Below, in pieces: positions 37,512-51,818 of a stretch of DNA of 64,000 nt (the stretch's first letter is position 1; each line of letters starts with the position of its first letter). The stretch is from Octopus vulgaris (lineage: Eukaryota). Made by a program: the position numbers and the translations under genes. The notes beneath the pieces were generated by a model. That model was not told where the DNA came from. It searched no databases and saw only the letters and a program-made list of their open reading frames with translations. The stretch spans positions 61,752,001 to 61,816,000 of the forward strand of contig OX597825.1 in assembly GCA_951406725.2 (NCBI GenBank). The letters are read 5' to 3'.

Positions 37512-38102
37512 TGGTAGAAACGTTAGCATGCTGGGTGAAATGCTTAGCGGTATTTTGTCTGCCGCTATGTTCTGAGTTCAAATTCTGCCAAGGTCGACTT
37601 TGCCTTTCATCCTTTTGGGGTCGATAAATTAAGTACCAGTTACGCACTGGGGTTGATGTAATCGACTTAATCCGTTTGTCTGTCCTTGTTTGTCCCCTCT
37701 GTGTTTAGGCCCTTGGGGGTAATAAAGAAATAGGTATTTTGTCTGCCGCTATGTTCTGAGTTCAAATTCTGCCAAGGCCAACTTTGCCTTTCATCCTTTC
37801 AGGGTCGATAAATTAAGTACCAGATGAATACCGGGGTCGATGTAATTAACTTAATCCGTTTGTCTGTCCTTGTTTGTCCCCTCTGTGTTTAGCCCCTTGT
37901 GGGTAGTAAAGAAATAGGTATTTCGTCTGTTGCTATGTTCTGCGTTCAAATTCTGCTGAGGTCGACTTTGCCTTTCATCCTTTCGGGGTCAATAAATTAA
38001 GTACCAGTTATGCACTGGGGTCAATTTAATTGACTTAAGCTCTTTTCCTGTCCTTTTTTGTCCCCTCTATGTTTAGCCCCTTGTGGGCAATACAGAAATA
38101 AA
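37512..38102 (+). mobile_element. SINE family B trimer (one head, three ~184-bp units)
   Basis: Units start at about 37551, 37734 and 37918 with junction AAAGAAATAG|GTATTT. Confidence 0.92.
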
Positions 38103-38807
38103 ATTTATTATTAGGTTTAGTATAATTGTTATCGCTCTTTGTAAAGTCATTACAATTGGAATTAAAATAGGCCTTTTTTATTCCTATTTCCAACTGCTTT
38201 GCTTCTGTCTGTATTACTAATTGTATTTGATTTTATTTGACTATCAAACTCTGCTTCTAAGTTTAATCTTTTCCTTTCTGCAATACCAACCCTAAAGTTT
38301 ACATTCCCTTTATGTTCGCTAATATAATTATCATTGAGTCTCTTCTTTTTGTTCTTTATTTTCCTTTTTATATTAATTAGCTATACTGTTGCTTGGTGCA
38401 TACTTATTTTCATTGTACCTAGCACTGGTTAGTGCTACTACATTGTAAAATACCCAGCATGTGAATTAACTAATGTTTCATTGGCAGAGAGCCTGAAAAT
38501 TCTATTTGAGACACCTTTCATTCTACTCTTAATACTGAATTCAGATGAGTGGATTTTCATTTACATACTTTAAATTCTCATTGTGTTTGTGATAGTATCG
38601 TAAAGTCTAGTGTTTAAATCAAATGCTACATCTACAAAAATTAACTACTTTATTTGTTATAGATAGTCTTAAATTTTTAAAGAATTTAAACAATTTTATC
38701 TAAATCGCTCCATTTCTACTCCACCAGGAAAAGAGAGTTGTCCTTAAATAGACCTGTGCAAGCACACAGCTATTGCTGGATCATATTTATATATTTATAT
38801 AATGAAA

Positions 38808-39319
38808 TCTATATATATAAAACTGTAGTTGTGTGAGTGTCTGTCCCCTTCGATTTAGATTCCTAACTACTCCCACATTTTGCGGTGCAGTTTAACCAAA
38901 TTCGAGTATCTTATAGTTCGGATTCATATTGAGCCCGTCTGAGTATTAGAGTGCGTCTACGATGAGTCTACGATTTTAAAAATAATTTAACATCATTTAT
39001 TATTCCATTTTAATGCATAATTTTTCGTGTGTCGATGGCGGCAGAGTTGGCGTCCATGGTCACACCTGCACCTGTTTGCTTCTCCCCCTCTTCCCTCCCT
39101 CGTGAAGCTGTGGGGAAGGGAGTGTAAAAAAATCAACGTCGTAAAGCGTTGTCAAGGAGACCAGCGTTCTTTTAGAACAACGACTTCATGGCTTGAAGAC
39201 ACCAAAACAGAAATGGCTAAGAAAGCCCGAATTGGCATCTATAAGGAAAGTAACTCTCTAAAAATGCTTATATAGTTATTTCCCTTACAAACTCGAGCAG
39301 CGCCGGGCGATACTGCTAG
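38808..39319 (+). mobile_element. Non-autonomous Helitron
   Basis: A|TC start, 3' hairpin, CTAG|T end; shares both ends with 8746-9145 but has a different interior. Confidence 0.87.
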
Positions 39320-39565
39320 TATATAATATATGAAACACTTAGTAACTAATTGCTGATGCTAATTCACAAAAACAATTGCTGTGATTTGGATTAAAGCCCA
39401 TTCATTCTATTTACTTGTTTTATACACTTCAATATTTAACATATGCTTTTACATATTCATATCCATAGACAACACATTAACTTACATTTATAATTGCATG
39501 TATTACTACCATTGTCTGTTCTGAATTCTGCACACAAATTTCCCACATACATTAAACAGGGAATT

Positions 39566-40024
39566 TAATTCTTTGTTACTATTTATTTCTGTTGAATTAC
39601 ACTGCCTTTGTTTCAGTTAATGGGGAAAGCAATAAAGAATTTAGTGAAACAACTTCAAATTATTAAACTGGTATCTAGAATATAAATTAACCTGAAATTT
39701 TGATTGTAGGCTTTAATGGAAATTGCTTCAAAACAAGAAGTGTGAAACATAGAATCAGTGGGTGTCTCACATGGTTTCATATCAAATAGGTTGACTTGAC
39801 CTTGTTGTTACCATATTTCTGTTAAGATATACTCATTTTGTTTCAATTTATTTTCAAAATAATGAAGAAATTACTCAATAGCACTGACATTATTAAGCAT
39901 TTGTTTGAAATGTGGATTAACAACAAATTTCGATGGAAGATTTTAATTTAAATTCTTTTGAAACAGGAAAGATACATTATTCAACCATGGAAGGTTTCAG
40001 GCAGATTGGTATCAAAAGTGTTAA
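39566..40024. mobile_element. Two tandem degenerate copies of the piggyBac-like MITE
   Basis: Both start near TT(A/G)A..TT.GTTAC.AT.TTTCTGTT and end TATCAAA..G.TT(A/G)A; interior resembles 34605-34824. Confidence 0.6.
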
Positions 40025-40204
40025 GATGGGTGAGTTCAGCAGGTACATAGAAATGGAATCTGAAGGAACAAGTTAGAGTCAGTGCATTGTGTGACATCTC
40101 CACTAAAAGAGGGGGGAAAAATCACAGCATATTGAACATTGAGAAAACACTACCCCTCACTAAGTGGCCTAGAATCTTCTTTTACTTTCACATTATTTTT
40201 CATT

Positions 40205-41075
40205 TTCGGTTTCAGCCATTAGACTGTGGCCAAGCTGGAGCATAATCTAGAGGAACTTTTAGTTGAATGAATCAACCCTAGTGCTTATTTTTTTGTTTAA
40301 GCCTGGTATTTATTCTATTGGTCTATTTTTGCCAAACTGCTTAGTTATAGGAATGTAAACGACCCAACATCAATTGTCAAGTGGTGGTGATGGGGGCAAA
40401 CACAGAAACAAAGACACACACACACATATGCACACATGCACATGCATGCACGCACACACAGACACACACACAGTTGGCATTAGGAGGAGTGTCAAACTAT
40501 AGAACCATGCCAAATCAGACTGGAGAGTGGATGTAGGAATGGCTGTGTGGTAAGTAACTTGTTTACAAACCACATGGTTCTGGGTTTTGTCCCATTGCAT
40601 GGCTCCTTGGGCAAGTGTCTACTACTATAGCCTCAGGCTGCCCAAAGCCTTGTGAGTGGATTCGTTAGTCGGAAACTGAAAGAAGCCCATCTTATATATG
40701 TGTGTGTGTGTGTGTGTGTGTATACGTTTGTGTGTCGTGTTTGTCCCCCAAACATCACTTAACAACCGATGGTGGTGTGTTTACATTCCTGTAACTTAAC
40801 GGTTTGGCAAAAGAGACCGATAGACTAAGCACTACGTTTACAAAGAGTAAGTCCTGGAATCGATTTGCTCAACTAAGGGTGGTGCTCCAGCATGGTCACA
40901 GTCACATGACTGAAACAATTAAAAAGTAAAGAGTAATATATACAACTGGATTCTTTCACTTTCCATTTGCCACATGGTTTTGATTGGCCCGAGGCTATTG
41001 TAGAAGACACTTGCCATGCAGCTGGATTGAACCCAAAATCAGGTGGCTGGGAAGCTTCATACAACACACCCATGT
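40205..41075. mobile_element. Plus-strand SINE A (40529-40934) between the two halves of an older minus-strand SINE A
   Basis: Minus-strand 3' half at 40205-40470 and 5' half at about 40945-41075. Confidence 0.8.
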
Positions 41076-41398
41076 CTACAATGACCTCATATTTACCAAT
41101 ACTTTACCATAAGAACAATAGAAGTTGATACCAGTCAACTCAAACAACATCACAAAGACACAATGCTTTCTTCTGTCAAAGCATGAATGCCCTAAGTGTT
41201 AGTAGAGGAAAGAGCTGTAATGCTCAAAATAATAAAGAATAATAATTGAAAACATGACATCTAAGACTTGAAATTTTTGTCAAATGATGACATTTTTATA
41301 TTATCCAGAAATAAATGTTTTGTAATTAAGTGGATGTGTTTTGATTAGTTAATGGAATCAAAAGCCTTTTACTTGAAAAGCAAGGAAAGGGTTGACAT

Positions 41399-41399
41399 C

Positions 41400-41486
<87 letters not shown>
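41399..41486. repeat. (GA)n microsatellite
   Basis: Direct reading. Confidence 0.97.
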
Positions 41487-41489
<3 letters not shown>

Positions 41490-41884
41490 TCTTCATTCAC
41501 AATAAGGTTGAGAAAAAATATATACAATTAAATGAGAATGAGTGATTTACAAAAAATGAAGCGGAGGATGAGAGAGAGAGAGCATGTCTGGCCAAAGGAA
41601 AATTTGCATCAATAAGTTTTATTTAACTCTATGACAACATGGAAAACCACCCTAAAACCACTGATGAAGAATGTGTGTGTGTGTGTGTGTGTAATCCTCC
41701 ACCACTTCCTGCACCTTCCACTCTACCACATCACATTCTCCTCATCCTTTTATTCCTTCTCCCCTGCACCTCCTCCCTCTGGTCCTCCTTTCCCTGCTCC
41801 CTGCCGCCTCCAGCTCTTCCTTCTCAACAGCAATTTCACAATCGCTTTTTCCACTGCTTACATGAGTTGTATGATATATGTATG

Positions 41885-41919
<35 letters not shown>

Positions 41920-41920
41920 A

Positions 41921-42232
41921 TCATGTGATGTCACGTGACCGACTAGGCTATCAGATGTTGCTACACATCACTGGTCACAATGCACTCCACATTGCTTTAG
42001 CCTTCAAATGACACCACCCTGCTGGCTAAGTGAGCAGGCCAACAGAAGAAAGAGTGAGAGAAAGTTGCAGCGAAAGAGTACAGCAGGGATCACCACCATC
42101 CCCTGCCGGAACCTCGTGGAGCTTCAGGTGTTTTCGCTCAATAAACACTCACTATGCATGGTCTGGGAATCGAAACCACGATCCTACAACCGCGAGTCCA
42201 CTACCCTAACCACTGGGCCATTGCACCTCCAC
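41921..42232 (-). mobile_element. SINE family D with the GGTCACGTG tail
   Basis: GTGGAGGTGCAATGGCCCAGTGGTTAGGG head; flanked by TA repeats; homologous to 52316-52621 and to tail-only 27605-27716. Confidence 0.9.
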
Positions 42233-42624
42233 GTATGTATATATATATATATATATATATATAATGTATGTGCATGTATGAATGCATGTGTGTTTGTTTG
42301 TGTGTGTTTTATATATGTACACATATACATCACACACACAGACATACTATACTACATCTGTAACGCATATAACGAACACTTTAAAGAGGGGTGATTTTTA
42401 ATGCAGTATGCCTTCCTGAAATATGTGACAGGAAATGTCCCCTTATGTTCCATGTCAGGCAAAAACCTACCCTCCAGATGTGGCATATAAGACTACCCAC
42501 CTGACTCATGTAAGCAAAACAAAAAAAAAATTTACTTTGCTGACACATGAAATATAACCTTCAGGTACAGGTATGATAAACACTAAGGTAACAATGATCT
42601 GAGTAACAATGTTTACAACAACTG

Positions 42625-42651
42625 TGGTGATGAAGATGACTACGATAACGG

Positions 42652-42692
<41 letters not shown>

Positions 42693-43160
42693 GCAAGGAT
42701 GATGATGATGATGATGGCAATGATGATGATAATGATGATGATGATGATGATGATGATGATAAGGATGATAATGATGATGGCAATGATGATGATAATGATG
42801 ATGATGACGAGGATAATGACGATGATGATGATGTGGATGATGATGATGATGATGGTAATGATGATGATGATAATGATGGCGATGATGATGATGATGAGGA
42901 GGAAGAGGATGATGATGGTGATGGTGACCTTGAATGTGATGAGGTTTTTGACTGTGGCAGCAACAAAAGCAGTGGTGCCAGCAATGATGAGATGCTGCTG
43001 CTGCTGATGATGATTATAATGATGATGATGATGATGATGATGACAATGCCTATGACAACAACCACAACAATGATGATGGTGACAGTGGTGGTGGTGGTGG
43101 TTGTGGTGGCGGCAGAGAGGCGGAGGTGGCGGAGGCGGAGGCGGCAGTGATGGTGGCATT
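42625..43160. repeat. Long imperfect (GAT)n to (GGT/GGC)n trinucleotide array
   Basis: Direct reading; explains the poly-M/I/D/S/H ORFs. Confidence 0.95.
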
Positions 43161-43419
43161 GTCGACGATAGCAGCGCTTTACAGAAAAGAGTGAGGATTA
43201 CAATATCGATGATAAAACTATAAAAATAGAAAATTTAATATTCGAAAAGGAGATTACATTTTTCATTATTTAAAATTCACTGCTTGTATGTAGATTGTTC
43301 TATATACATCCCAAAACACAATCACATTCAAAATAAGTGCTTTCAAATGAAGAATCATTCATTCTTGGAGTAACATGGATAGAGAACTGCCATGAATGTG
43401 TACAGTTCCTACTTCCTAC

Positions 43420-43426
43420 TAAAATA

Positions 43427-43493
<67 letters not shown>

Positions 43494-43539
43494 TAATAAT
43501 CATAACAACAATAATAATGATAAAAACAACAACAGCAAC

Positions 43540-43586
<47 letters not shown>

Positions 43587-43641
43587 TAATAACAATAATA
43601 ATAATGATAACAACAATAATTATGATAAAACCAACAACAAC

Positions 43642-43700
<59 letters not shown>
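43420..43700. repeat. (AAAT)n and (AAT/AAC)n array
   Basis: Direct reading. Confidence 0.95.
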
Positions 43701-43703
<3 letters not shown>

Positions 43704-44304
43704 GAGGTAGAAAATCTCACAACAAATGGGTGCTCACAAATTATCAAGCTATTTTATCAAAGTGTTAAACAGATTTCGTTTTATATTCAAAAGTGTACTG
43801 AGTTCGTTATGATAAAGTATTTATAGAATAATGTAAGATTCTCAACTCATAACGTTTGTTGTTTTATTCCTTTTTATCCCATGAACCATTACATGCAGGT
43901 AAAAATTACAAAGAAACTAATAAAATATAAATGGCACAAAGATAGAAGCTTTCAGAAATCCCTCTCAACCAGTTTCTCTCTCCTGTTTTAAAGATTTATT
44001 GATAAAATTATTCAATGATTCACTGACAAAGAAAACAAACGAAAATCTCTAATTTCATTTCTTTTCATTTATTTACTTTATTTTCCCATGCAATCAAGAA
44101 TTTCCTACTTTATAAGGTTTCTGTTTCAAATTTCATTTCAATTCTTGTTTTGTGTCTGTATTCTAATGCCAACCAAATTCCTGAAAACATGTTGTTGGTG
44201 AGTGTGAGAGGGTGTGTGTGTATACTTAGAATAATCTAAGTACCCATAAATCAGAAAAAATAGACACTTGTATATTTGTTTATGGAGAGGGTACATTAAT
44301 CAAA

Positions 44305-44915
44305 GTATACATGCATGTATGTATGTATGTATGTATGTATGTTTGTATGTATGTATGTATGTATGTATCTATCTATCTGTCTATTCATACATACATACAC
44401 ACACATACATAATAGACATCATATATGTTTATATTAATATATATATATACATATATATGCATATATATATGTAAATGTATGTGCGTGTATATATATATAT
44501 ATACACTCACACATATATATAGATATAAATATATATTTACATACACACACACACACATATATATACATATATATATATACACACACACACATATATATAC
44601 ATATATATATACACACACACATACTTGCAAATACACACGCGCACTTACACACACATGCACACACTTATGCACATATCTTCACACATGTGCACACACACAT
44701 AAGTAATTTAAAATTTGTTGATGTACTAAAAACATCAGTAAAGTAGAACTCAATGAATAATGTGAAACTACAAATAGCAATGATTTGAAGAAGTAATAAG
44801 TTAGATTTCATTCCTATATATTACAAGCAGCACTCATATACATACACACACATACATACACATATACATACATACAAACATACATACATATATAGATACT
44901 TACATATACACATAT
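44305..44915. repeat. Compound (TATG)/(TA)/(CA) microsatellite field
   Basis: Direct reading. Confidence 0.9.
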
Positions 44916-45078
44916 TCTTTTATTTGTTTCAGTCATTTGACTGTGGTCATGTTGGAGCACCGTCTTTAGTTGAACAAATTGACCCCAGGACTTATTCCTT
45001 GTAAGTCTAATACTTATTCTATAGAACCGCTAAATTACTATATATATTAATATTAATATATATACATATATATATATA

Positions 45079-45250
45079 CCAAAAAGACCACCTGGAAGAC
45101 CTCCACGACAGTGGAATTACGATTTCAGGAATACGATTGGGATCACGTGGATGAGAAAGGCGTGATCCAGAGAGGAGTGGACAGCGTGCTGTGACCAGCG
45201 GTGTCAAATGGATGCCTGACGGACTGGCCAGTCAAGGTGGTCAAGGTGAT
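45079..45250 (+). pseudogene. RTE-type LINE extreme 3' end inserted in (TA)n
   Basis: KRPPGRPPRQW..D......WMRKA*SREEW matches the non-LTR C-terminal R..GRP..RW.D...W...A.DR..W motif; short repeated tail GTCAAGGTG x2. Confidence 0.75.
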
Positions 45251-45471
45251 ATATATATATATACATATACAATCAAAGCAATTAAGATTCAAGTAAATTC
45301 CAATGAATTTACTTGAATGTGGTACTTAACTTAGATGCACCAGAAAAACTATATGGTGTTAACCATACAGTAATGTGGGGTGATTATCTGCTGCAATTTT
45401 TGCAACTTGTAATAAAGCCTGTCTTTGTATGAAACAATTGTACTAAAAACTAATCCATTCTTGTTGCTTCT

Positions 45472-45521
<50 letters not shown>

Positions 45522-46091
45522 GGGGGAGACTTAGAGACTGATAGACAGCAATATGTTACATAGCACTACATAGTTAAATGTGGGTTTGTATTATATATAA
45601 AGACAATATTTTCATTGGTATAGTAAAAAAATAATCAAAATAACCAATGAGATGCATAGTAATTCCACTTTTTATCATTTTTGTTATTTTTCAATGCATA
45701 AACACAAAATCTTCATAAAATGTTTCATTATATTAAAGAGTTTTTATGATAATGTGTTAGCTGACTGATTGAATTTGCAAAGGACGTGACTCATTGGAGG
45801 AGTAATTTTTTGGAAGAAATTGATGTTAAGCTGGCAATGTGAGTGGACAATGAAACACAGCACAACCTTATTTTAAACTAAATCAATACTGATCTCCATT
45901 ATTACTGCTGCAGTGTGTACCATATTGGAAAATACCTCTTGCTGATGTTTGATGCAGGAAAGAAATGAGCTGAGCAAACATTCCAGCTGGTTGCTGTTGT
46001 TCTGGAAGGGAAGACTAGATCTAGTGATTAGTGAAAAGTCTGGTGGGTTAGTGTTGTGTGGACGCCCTCAGACGATGAAGTAGGCTAGCCC

Positions 46092-46325
46092 TATTTCTTT
46101 ACTACCCACAAGGAGCTAAACACAGAGAGGACAAACAAGGACAGACAAACAGATTTAGTCGATTACATCGACCCCAGTGCGTAACTGGTTCTTAATTTAT
46201 CGACCCAGAAAGAATAAAAGTCAAAGTTGACCTCGGCGGAATTTGAACTCAGAACATAACGGCAGACGAAATACGGCTATGCATTTCGCCCGGTCTGCTA
46301 ACGTTTCAGCCATCTCACCGCCTTC
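46092..46325 (-). mobile_element. SINE family B monomer with 16-bp TSD
   Basis: Perfect TSD TGAAGTAGGCTAGCCC at 46076-46091 and 46326-46341. Confidence 0.93.
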
Positions 46326-46951
46326 TGAAGTAGGCTAGCCCAATACGTAGATATAGAGGGAGACGCCTAGACATCCAGAGCACAGTCGAACAGTCGGAGT
46401 CGAGTTGAGTAGGAGGCATCCGAACATGTGACATAACAGTGGCAACGAGGATTTTGTAGAACACACAGCCACTGTGTAGTATTGCCATATAACAGTGGTG
46501 ATGAGGATATCGTAACTCACACAGCTACTGTGTAGTATTGCCATATAGCAGTTAGTCAAACAAGAGTAATGAGAGGAGGAGAAACGAATAGGACAGCAAT
46601 GTTTGAGTGGATGTCATAGGTGCACAAGCAGCTCTGATGACCACTTGATTAGAGGGAAAATTCTATTTGGTGGATGCTCTAGGAAAGAGGGTTTGGATGT
46701 AGTGATATTTGTGACACCTGGGGAAGATGTTAGGCAGACAAATTATGGGAAGAAGAGAGATGTGTCAGAGAGCAATGCATGTATGAAGGAGACATGTGAA
46801 CAGGTAACTCTGATGAACATGTGAACTCTTATGAATAAGTGAACTCTGATGAACATGAAATTCCTGATGGTGAATGCTCTAGGAGAGAAGGCTTTGGTGT
46901 AATGGTAATTGCGAGGCCTTGGGAAGGTATTAGATACACACAAATTATGAA

Positions 46952-47368
46952 AGGCAGTGAGCTGGCAGAAACGTTAGCATGCTGTGCAAAATGCTTAGCG
47001 GTATTTCGTCTGCCATTACGTTGTGAGTTCAAATTCCATCAAGGTCGACTTTGCCTTTCGTCCTTTCGGGGTCGATAAATTAAGTACCAGTTATGCACTG
47101 GGGTCGATGTAATCGAGTTAATCCGTTTGTCTGTCCTTGTTCGTCCCCTTTGTGTTTAGCCCCTTGTGGGTAGTAAAGAAATAGGTATTTCATCTGCCGT
47201 TATGTTCTGAGTTCAAATTCTGCCAAGGTCGACTTTCCCTTTTATTCTTTTGGGGTTGATAAATTAAGTACCAGTTATGCACTGGGGTCGATGTAATCAG
47301 CTTAATCCCTTTGTATGTCCTTGTTTGTCCCCTTTATGTTTAGCTCCTTGTGGGCAATAAAGAAATAA
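46952..47368 (+). mobile_element. SINE family B dimer
   Basis: Second unit starts at 47185 with the same AAAGAAATAG|GTATTT junction as the trimer. Confidence 0.92.
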
Positions 47369-47849
47369 GAAATTAATAGGACAGAAATGAATGTGTGAGG
47401 GTGATGTATGCATTGCCAGCCCTGAGGACAAAATGACTTGAAGATAAGTTATAGATTGCTGATGTTCTAGAAAAGAAGGGCTGAGTGAGGGATTAATGTG
47501 GGGCTTGGATTGAGAGGTTGGATGCACGAGATTGCTGAGAGGAAGGAAGACATGTAGAATAGTAATGAATGAGAGAATGTAACATGTACCCAAACAAGCT
47601 CCGAGGAGAGGGGCCAAATGATTCTTGAATATGATTTATATCTTTTTAAAAAAATCTAAAAATATTAGTTTCAACTTTAGTATTTTTTCAGTGTGCAGTT
47701 TGAAGAAGGAAAGTAAGACTCATGACTCTTTCAGGCAATTTCAAAACTTGCAGAATCAAGGTATTCTCAGGTCAGACTTTAAAACCCACAAAGCAAAAAG
47801 CATTATAGAAAAAACAACACAACAGAGTATGCAAGGTATTGTTGTATAT

Positions 47850-48200
<351 letters not shown>

Positions 48201-49517
48201 ATATGCTTCTATGTGAACAACCAACAATACACAGCAAAAAATTGTGACGTCTTAAAATTTTTGCAATATGTAATTTCACTTCATTCATTTAGTTATACTT
48301 TAAAGAATTTTTTCAGTGCATCAACAACCAAGCTTAAATTACACACACACACACATATAGATACACACAAACACACACATACACACACATATTCACACAT
48401 ATATGTACGTATATGTATATATAATTCCCAGGCCTGACCCAAAAGCTTGCAACAGGGTGGACTAACTAAAGGCACCTAGGGATCAGTTAATGATATTAAA
48501 ATGGGAAATAAATCAAGGCAACCACCTTGGTTTAGTTTTATATTTATTTGCTTGTGATTCATTATTTAAAATTTTTTTAACACAGGAAACAGGAACAGGA
48601 TTTTAAGAAAATGCAATCAAATTGATTGTTTATATCGCATCGATTTGCATACATTATTCAGAGACTTTGGGAATGTAAATTTTCTTAGCATGTGCAAGGA
48701 TAATGGAGATTAAAGCAATAAGATTTTCATGAGCAGATTAATAAATTAACTATTCTGTTTTGTCTTCTGTGAATGTTCATGTTTTATAGAATAAGATTAG
48801 TAATTGTCTTAATCAAATATAAATATAAATGTATATTGATCGTTATTTTAAGCAATCTAAAATTTCTAATAAAATCTATTTTCATGAACTTTTGTTTTAA
48901 TGAAATTCTTTAAGTATTTATTTTCAAGCTAGTTTGTAAATAAATATTAAATAATCAAGCAAATAATATCGTGGTAATATTTTAGTATTGCAATTAATGG
49001 AATATTTTTTAGAATGAATACTTATTACCGCAGATATGTTGAGTTAATAATTTTGCAAATAATATCTCATAGTTAATATCAGTTAATTAAGCAGCTTTGA
49101 GAAACTTCACAAATTTATGGAAAATAGTATTTCGTAAGTAAAGAAAAACCAGTAAGCACATTCAAATTTGGGATGGGGGGAAGGTGAGGCTTCTGTCTCA
49201 GAACAATGGTGTAGTGGATAAGGTAGTCGATATTTATTTTGTTAGTTGCCACAATGGTTTGTGAGTTCAAGGTCAGCTATGGAAGACATACCTACATACA
49301 TTACAAACAATATACTTATTGAAGACGTTCATAGAATATTCAAATCAGATACACATATAACACTTGTGGCTGTGTGGTAAGAAGCTTGCTTCCTGACCAC
49401 ATGTTTCTGGGTTCAGTCCCACTGCATGGCACCTTAAGCAAGTGTTTTCTACTACAGCCTCAGCCTGACCAAAGCCTTGTAAATGGATTTGTTACATGGA
49501 AACTAAAAAAGTCCTTC

Positions 49518-49554
<37 letters not shown>

Positions 49555-49558
<4 letters not shown>

Positions 49559-49746
49559 ATCCAAACAAGAAAACACAAAAAAAACACAGCAACGCGAGGA
49601 CGTGGAACAAATAAAGTATTATTGGATGCTCAGGAAAGAAGGGAAGGAGGGTTTAACACTTCGAGCGGAGCTCTTCGTCAGAAACAAAGAAGAAGGAAAG
49701 ATCCCGAGAAGGGAAGACAGAGGAAAAAAAATTGCTGGCGGTGCTC
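49555..49746 (-). mobile_element. ~190-bp (TA)n-flanked element with a degenerate hammerhead motif
   Basis: Minus strand TTT-CTGACGA-A-GAGC TCC GCTC-GAAGTGTTA-AA at 49651-49685; GAAAC has become GAAGT. Confidence 0.6.
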
Positions 49747-49791
49747 ATATATATATATATACATACATACATACATACATACATACATACA

Positions 49792-49827
<36 letters not shown>

Positions 49828-51818
49828 TACTTACTTACACATAATATTTACAATTAAATTATCTATTTAATACTCTAGTATGGATATTCTTTGAGGTCCT
49901 TAAATATAGAACTAAAATTTCTGAATTAACTGATGTTCTGTTTTTGTAATGACAAACACTGAAAAATGGCTTTCTTGCTTAGATATCTTCAAGAAATATT
50001 CCAGGAAGATAACTTTAACCTCAATTTTTAAAACAAAAATGATGGCATGTTAATACGTATATTATATCTAGGACTGTGAGTTAAATTATGGTAACTTTTT
50101 GGCCTTTTCAGACCACAGGACCACATCTGGCCTCAGGGTTGTATGGACAACCTGGGGAAACTATATTATATCTTTTTGTGGACTTTATTCTGGAGGTATT
50201 GATCCCTGTTTATATGATCCAACTTACTAAAATTATATATCAAAATGTAGTGAAACAAATTGAGAAATGATGAACCTTAATGTGCCAAGAGTCTCTCTTC
50301 CCTTAACTCTTATCTTAACTCTTTTTCCCAGTCCAGACTTCCTTCTGAAGGATTGTAAACTCTCTGGATTCTCTCTCTTGCTGCTACTTTCAAGTTGTTG
50401 CTTTAAAAGAACTGCAAGCATGTTTATCTCATCACCTTGCAGGGCCTGTCAGGGGTGAAAAACTGAGCCTTTTCCCCTTCACCAAGGAACTAGAGATAAA
50501 AATGAAAAACTCACTTCAGAGAATGAGGACTTATTCAATTATATTGGACAGAAATTTAAGAAGTTCATAATTAGCAGTAACTCTGTAAACTGCAGAGTAT
50601 TTTGAAATCACTGTGTTGTTAGTTATATTTTTACTGTACTGTAACTTTCTGAAAACCCTGTAGAATAATTATATCAAACAGAATAAATTTGCAGAAAATA
50701 GTTCTTCCTTTAAAATGCTATATTGAAATTAACATTTGTACCTTAATGTAATTCTGAGATGTTTACATTAAACATGAAGAATTTAGTGTCTTTCAAGAAG
50801 TTGTTAGTTCTAAAGATAAAAAAAAATTAAAATTTGGAAATTACTAGATAAATTTCACGTTCATTGAAATAGCATAATTTTAGAAAATATCAATATTTTT
50901 GATAAAATATAATTAAATGAAAAAAATTAAATTAAATTATTGATTGAATTAGACATTCAGAATCAATTTTTGCAAATAAATTTTTTAGGATAAAATGTTC
51001 ATATACAGTTATCTTTTAAGATAACAGTATATATATATTTTTTATTTTATTTAAGTGTACCATCTGAGTATCTTAAAATCAATAACCCTGAGGCTTTTAG
51101 TTCAATACTGAGCTTAGATTAAGATAGTTGATTTCTTTTCCTCTTAGAAAGTACAGGTCATAGACTGAAGAAATATGCATCATAATAACTAATTCTCAAA
51201 GACCGATGTATAAAGGAACCATGACATTTTCCAAACATGTTGCACAACTAGATTGTAATATTGTTAGTTTCTCTGAATATTTATATTTTACATACAGCTT
51301 GCATTGTGGGAGATTACCTTCAGCAGCTATTGAAAAGGAATTATAATGATGTTAGGATCTTCTCATAGTGTCACATCTTCTAATAGTGCCAAACAGCATT
51401 GACGACACTAGGCAATATTCCAGATTCTTCCATATCACATCTTAACATGTTTTCATTTTCTCTTTAACAACTATGAAGTTACTGCATTAAATCAGTGATA
51501 GCTACAGTTAAGGATCATTAATTTCATTTATCTCTGATTACATGCTAACCATGCAGCAACAATGTTTCTTTCATTATATACTTTTAGCTTTGGTTTTTCT
51601 TTTCAACACTTTTTCTGTTATATTAACCTACATACGAAGATGAACACTTTATATATGGATTAGTGGATAACAGAAGGTTAGTATGCCAGTAGATTGACTA
51701 TGTGCTGTTGTTAGAATTGTATGCACATTTGTGTTTAAACAACACATGTTTTCTTTCAAGAATTGTGCAAGCTTTTGGTTGGAAGGAGTTGAGTTTCTTT
51801 TATAACTATATATATTTT

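Noticed and set aside
42506-43768. Long ORFs of up to 217 aa
   Set aside because: Pure trinucleotide-repeat translations.
46800-46870. CTGATGA words as hammerhead or C/D-box motifs
   Set aside because: They are part of an 18-bp tandem repeat with no stem II-GAAAC-GTH arrangement or terminal stem.
50233-50460. Possible minus-strand coding exon (..MLAVLLKQQLESS..)
   Set aside because: No family resemblance and weak splice sites.
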